Below are positions 60,230 through 64,000 of a DNA stretch of 64,000 nucleotides, in pieces. The DNA is taken from the NCBI GenBank assembly GCA_034521815.1, contig JAXHLW010000013.1:1024001-1088000 (forward strand), written 5' to 3'. Position 1 is the first letter of the stretch; each line of letters opens with the position of its first letter. This DNA is from Trueperaceae bacterium (GTDB taxonomy: Bacteria > Deinococcota > Deinococci > Deinococcales > Trueperaceae). Under the pieces are notes generated by a model that did no database searches, was not told the DNA's origin, and saw nothing but the letters and a program-made list of their open reading frames with translations. Made by a program: the position numbers and the translations under genes.

Positions 60230-61840
60230 ATGGAGGCCATCTACCAACGCGCCCGGCCGGCCACCTTCGGCGAGGTGGTCGGGCAGGACCACGTCAAGGA
60301 CGTCCTGGCGGCTGCGCTCCGCACCGGGCGGACCGGTCACGCCTACCTGTTCAGCGGACCCCGCGGGGTGGGCAAGACCACGACCGCGCGCTTGCTGGCG
60401 ATGGCGCTCAACTGCGAGGCGGCCGAGCCGTCGGAGCGTCCGTGCGGACGGTGCGACGCGTGCACGCAGATCCGCTCGGCCCGCCATCCGGACGTGATCG
60501 AGCTGGACGCGGCCAGCAACAACTCCGTCGACGACGTCCGTGAGCTGCGGGAGCGTGTCCGGCTCGCGTCGCTACGCGGCGGGACGCGGGTTTGGATTCT
60601 CGACGAGGCGCACATGCTCTCGACCGCCGCTGCGAACGCCCTGCTGAAGACGCTCGAGGAGCCGCCCACCGGCTTGGTGTTCGTCCTGGCGACGACCGAG
60701 CCGGAGCGTCTGCCGTCGACGGTGCTGTCGCGCTGCCAGCATTTCCGGTTCAGACGCCTGTCCGTTCCCGAGATCGCCGGGAAGCTGGCCGTGCTGTGCG
60801 AGCGGTCGGGCGTCGAGGCCGAGCAGGAAGCGCTGGAGCTGGTGGCTCGTGCGGCCGAGGGCGCGATGCGTGACGCCGAATCGATGCTGGAGCGGTTGTG
60901 GGCGGACGGCGGTCCGATCGTGCGCGACGCCGCCGAGGCGGCGCTGGGGCTCCCCCCGCGCGAACGGCTCGAGGCGCTCGCGAACGCGCTCGCGAGCGAC
61001 GACCTGGCGCCCCTGCTCGCCGGGGCGACGGAGCTGTACCGCGACGGCTTTTCGCCCAGGACGGTCGCCGAGCAGCTCGCGCGGGTGCTGCGGGACGCCG
61101 TGGTGAACGAAGCGACCGGCCAGGAGGGCTATCGGGCCCCCGTCGGTCGGGACGCGCTGCTCCGCACGTTGCATCAGTTCGACGACGAGCTCGAGCGGTT
61201 CGTCCGGCACGACGACCTGTACGCCCTCGAGGCCGCGCTGTTGAAGGCGGCCAATGCCGCCGCCTCTCGCCCGTTCCAGCTCGCGAGCTCGCAGGCGGTC
61301 GCCGTTGCAGCGTCGACGGAAGAACCGACGGAGAAGCCGGCCGCTTCGGACGCGCCTCGGCCCCTGCCCGCCTTCGAGCCGAACGCGCGACCCGACGACG
61401 CGCGACCCGACGATGCGTCACACGGCGCCTCAGCCAGCCCGGCAGCCAGCGCGGCAGCCGAAGCGCCCGCACCAGCGACCGACGCCTCGCCCTCCGCCGA
61501 CTCGGCGTCCGACACCTCGGCGTCCGACACCTCGGGGTCCGACAGCTCGGGGTCCGCCGCAGCGTCGCCCGGGCCGGCCACCCCCCGGGCCGGCCGTACG
61601 CTCAGCTGGCACCAGGTCAAGACCAAGGCGTCCCCCCAGCTCAAGGCGTTCCTCCAGCCGGCCGAAGACGAGGTCGAGGGCGACGTCCTGACCTTGCGCT
61701 ACGGAGAGCGGCACCGGTTCCACTTCGGACAGCTCAAGAGCCGTCAGGACGAGCTCGCTGCGCTCGTCGGCGAGGTCGCCGGTCCGGGCTGGAGCCTGGT
61801 GATCGAAGGACCCGACGAGACGATCCGAAAAAAAGCGTAG
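60230..61840 (+). CDS. dnaX: DNA polymerase III gamma/tau (zero-frame product; -1 frame continues to 62457)
   Basis: YQRARP, GPRGVGKTT, zinc module, ELDAASN, DEAHMLS, NALLKTLEEPP, SRC. Confidence 0.95.
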   Translation: MEAIYQRARPATFGEVVGQDHVKDVLAAALRTGRTGHAYLFSGPRGVGKTTTARLLAMALNCEAAEPSERPCGRCDACTQIRSARHPDVIELDAASNNSVDDVRELRERVRLASLRGGTRVWILDEAHMLSTAAANALLKTLEEPPTGLVFVLATTEPERLPSTVLSRCQHFRFRRLSVPEIAGKLAVLCERSGVEAEQEALELVARAAEGAMRDAESMLERLWADGGPIVRDAAEAALGLPPRERLEALANALASDDLAPLLAGATELYRDGFSPRTVAEQLARVLRDAVVNEATGQEGYRAPVGRDALLRTLHQFDDELERFVRHDDLYALEAALLKAANAAASRPFQLASSQAVAVAASTEEPTEKPAASDAPRPLPAFEPNARPDDARPDDASHGASASPAASAAAEAPAPATDASPSADSASDTSASDTSGSDSSGSAAASPGPATPRAGRTLSWHQVKTKASPQLKAFLQPAEDEVEGDVLTLRYGERHRFHFGQLKSRQDELAALVGEVAGPGWSLVIEGPDETIRKKA

Positions 61841-62457
61841 CGGGGCGGGGGGCTGGCCCCACCGTCCCGGCGACGCCCCGACCGACCGCTCCGATCGACA
61901 CGCCCGAGCCGGTGACCGAGCAGGTGACCGAGCAGGTGACCGAGCAGGTGACCGAGGAGAGCGAACGCGCTGGCCCGGCTGCCGAGACGAAGCCGTCCAG
62001 ATCGACGTCGGGCGACCAGTCGGCGCCGCCTGCGGGACCGCCGGACGACGCGACCACGACCTACGAGGACCTACCCGAGGACCTGTTCAGCGAAAGCGAG
62101 CCTCCCCCCTCCGGCGAGCCCTACGCCGGCGAGCCCTACGCCGCCGAGCCTCGCCCTGCCGTCAGCGAGCCCACCCGCGCTCCTCGCCAAGGCGAGCGAC
62201 GAGACGCGGACGGCGCGGCTGCCGGGCGCCCAGCTGCGAACCGACCGGCTGCCGAGCGCTCGGCCCCGAACGATCCTGCGATCGAGATGGTTCGGACCTT
62301 CTTCCCCGGCCGGATCGTAGGGCTCGAGCCGGTGACGGACGACCCTGTCGACGAGGCGTCCGACGATGAGGCCTCCCTCGACGAGCTCGCCGTCGACCGG
62401 CCGGACGAGAGCCCCGATGGCGGTCGCGACGACGAAGGTCCACGGCCCAGCAGGTAG
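61835..62457 (+). CDS. dnaX: C-terminal extension of DnaX (tau-like) in the -1 frame
   Basis: No independent start evident; open -1 frame after the A7 run; contains DPAIEMVRTFFPGRIV and ends just before ybaB. Confidence 0.65.
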
Positions 62458-62467
62458 AGTGGGCGCG

Positions 62468-62797
<330 letters not shown>

Positions 62798-62813
62798 GCG
62801 CCGCCAGGCCGTC

Positions 62814-63416
<603 letters not shown>

Positions 63417-63536
63417 GAACCCGCGCGGCGGGCCTCTCCGCTCGTTTCATCCGACCGTGATCATCGTGGCGGCCGTGCGCCCTCGCCGGTCCGACGCGGC
63501 GTGACGGTGCGGCGTGGACGGCCGGGGCACGGCACC

Positions 63537-63564
63537 TTGACACCCGGCGAACCGCGCCTATAAT
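63537..63564 (+). promoter_or_regulatory. Consensus sigma70 promoter of topA
   Basis: TTGACA, 16-nt spacer, TATAAT. Confidence 0.8.
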
Positions 63565-63589
63565 GGCGGCGCGAACGAGAAGGGACTCC

Positions 63590-64000
63590 ATGGCAACCAC
63601 ACCGAACCCGCGATCCGAGCGACGTCTCGTGATCGTCGAGTCGCCCACGAAGGCCAACACCATCCGCCGTTACCTCCCCAGCGGGTACGAGGTGATGGCC
63701 AGCATGGGCCACGTGCGCGACCTGCCGGCCTCGGCGGACGAGATCCCCGATCAGTTTCGGGGGCAGAGCTGGGCTCGGTTGGGCATGAAGATCGACGAGG
63801 ACTTCGAGCCGCTGTACGTGATCACGAAGCCGCAGGTCGTGCGCGAGCTCCGCAAGGCGCTCAAAGGCGTCGGCGAGCTCCTGATCGCGACGGACGAGGA
63901 TCGCGAGGGCGAGTCGATCGGCTGGCACCTGCTCGAGGTGCTCGATCCGAAGGTCCCCGTCAAACGGATGGTGTTCCACGAGATCACGGAGCAGGCGATC
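63590..64000 (+). CDS. topA: DNA topoisomerase I (5' part, runs off the window)
   Basis: [40 protein letters not shown]. Confidence 0.96.
   Translation, partial: MATTPNPRSERRLVIVESPTKANTIRRYLPSGYEVMASMGHVRDLPASADEIPDQFRGQSWARLGMKIDEDFEPLYVITKPQVVRELRKALKGVGELLIATDEDREGESIGWHLLEVLDPKVPVKRMVFHEITEQAI

Overview
This is a very GC-rich core chromosomal segment, most likely from a Deinococcota bacterium (Trueperaceae-like). That assignment is inferred from the LysW-type lysine pathway, bshC, type-2 IleRS and frequent TAnnnT motifs directly before start codons. It carries five tRNA genes, sbtAB, tig-clpP-clpX, rrf2-iscS, rho, T-box-regulated ileS, a liv-type ABC transporter, gap-pgk, acyl-CoA dehydrogenase-etfBA, aspartokinase, glnA, a large GH13 enzyme, a lysWXY-ycaQ-lysZJK operon, mutY, guaB, bshC, a GlpA-like three-gene module and dnaX-ybaB-recR-topA. 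No IS element, prophage or CRISPR array is visible. The most notable items are: (1) an apparent non-cellulosomal cohesin lipoprotein paired with a secreted dockerin protein whose zincin motif is inactivated; (2) a YcaQ/AlkZ-family glycosylase coupled inside the LysW operon; (3) dnaX split at an A7 run followed by a hairpin, with the tau C-terminus in the -1 frame; (4) Cys-free LysW and zinc-knuckle-free IleRS2, the latter with a GVHH signature motif; (5) a deletion scar joining RLAN/ATP-grasp and GNAT gene fragments. Several single-base frameshifts, one of them in the essential ileS, suggest assembly consensus errors, so all frameshift-based claims need read-level checks.
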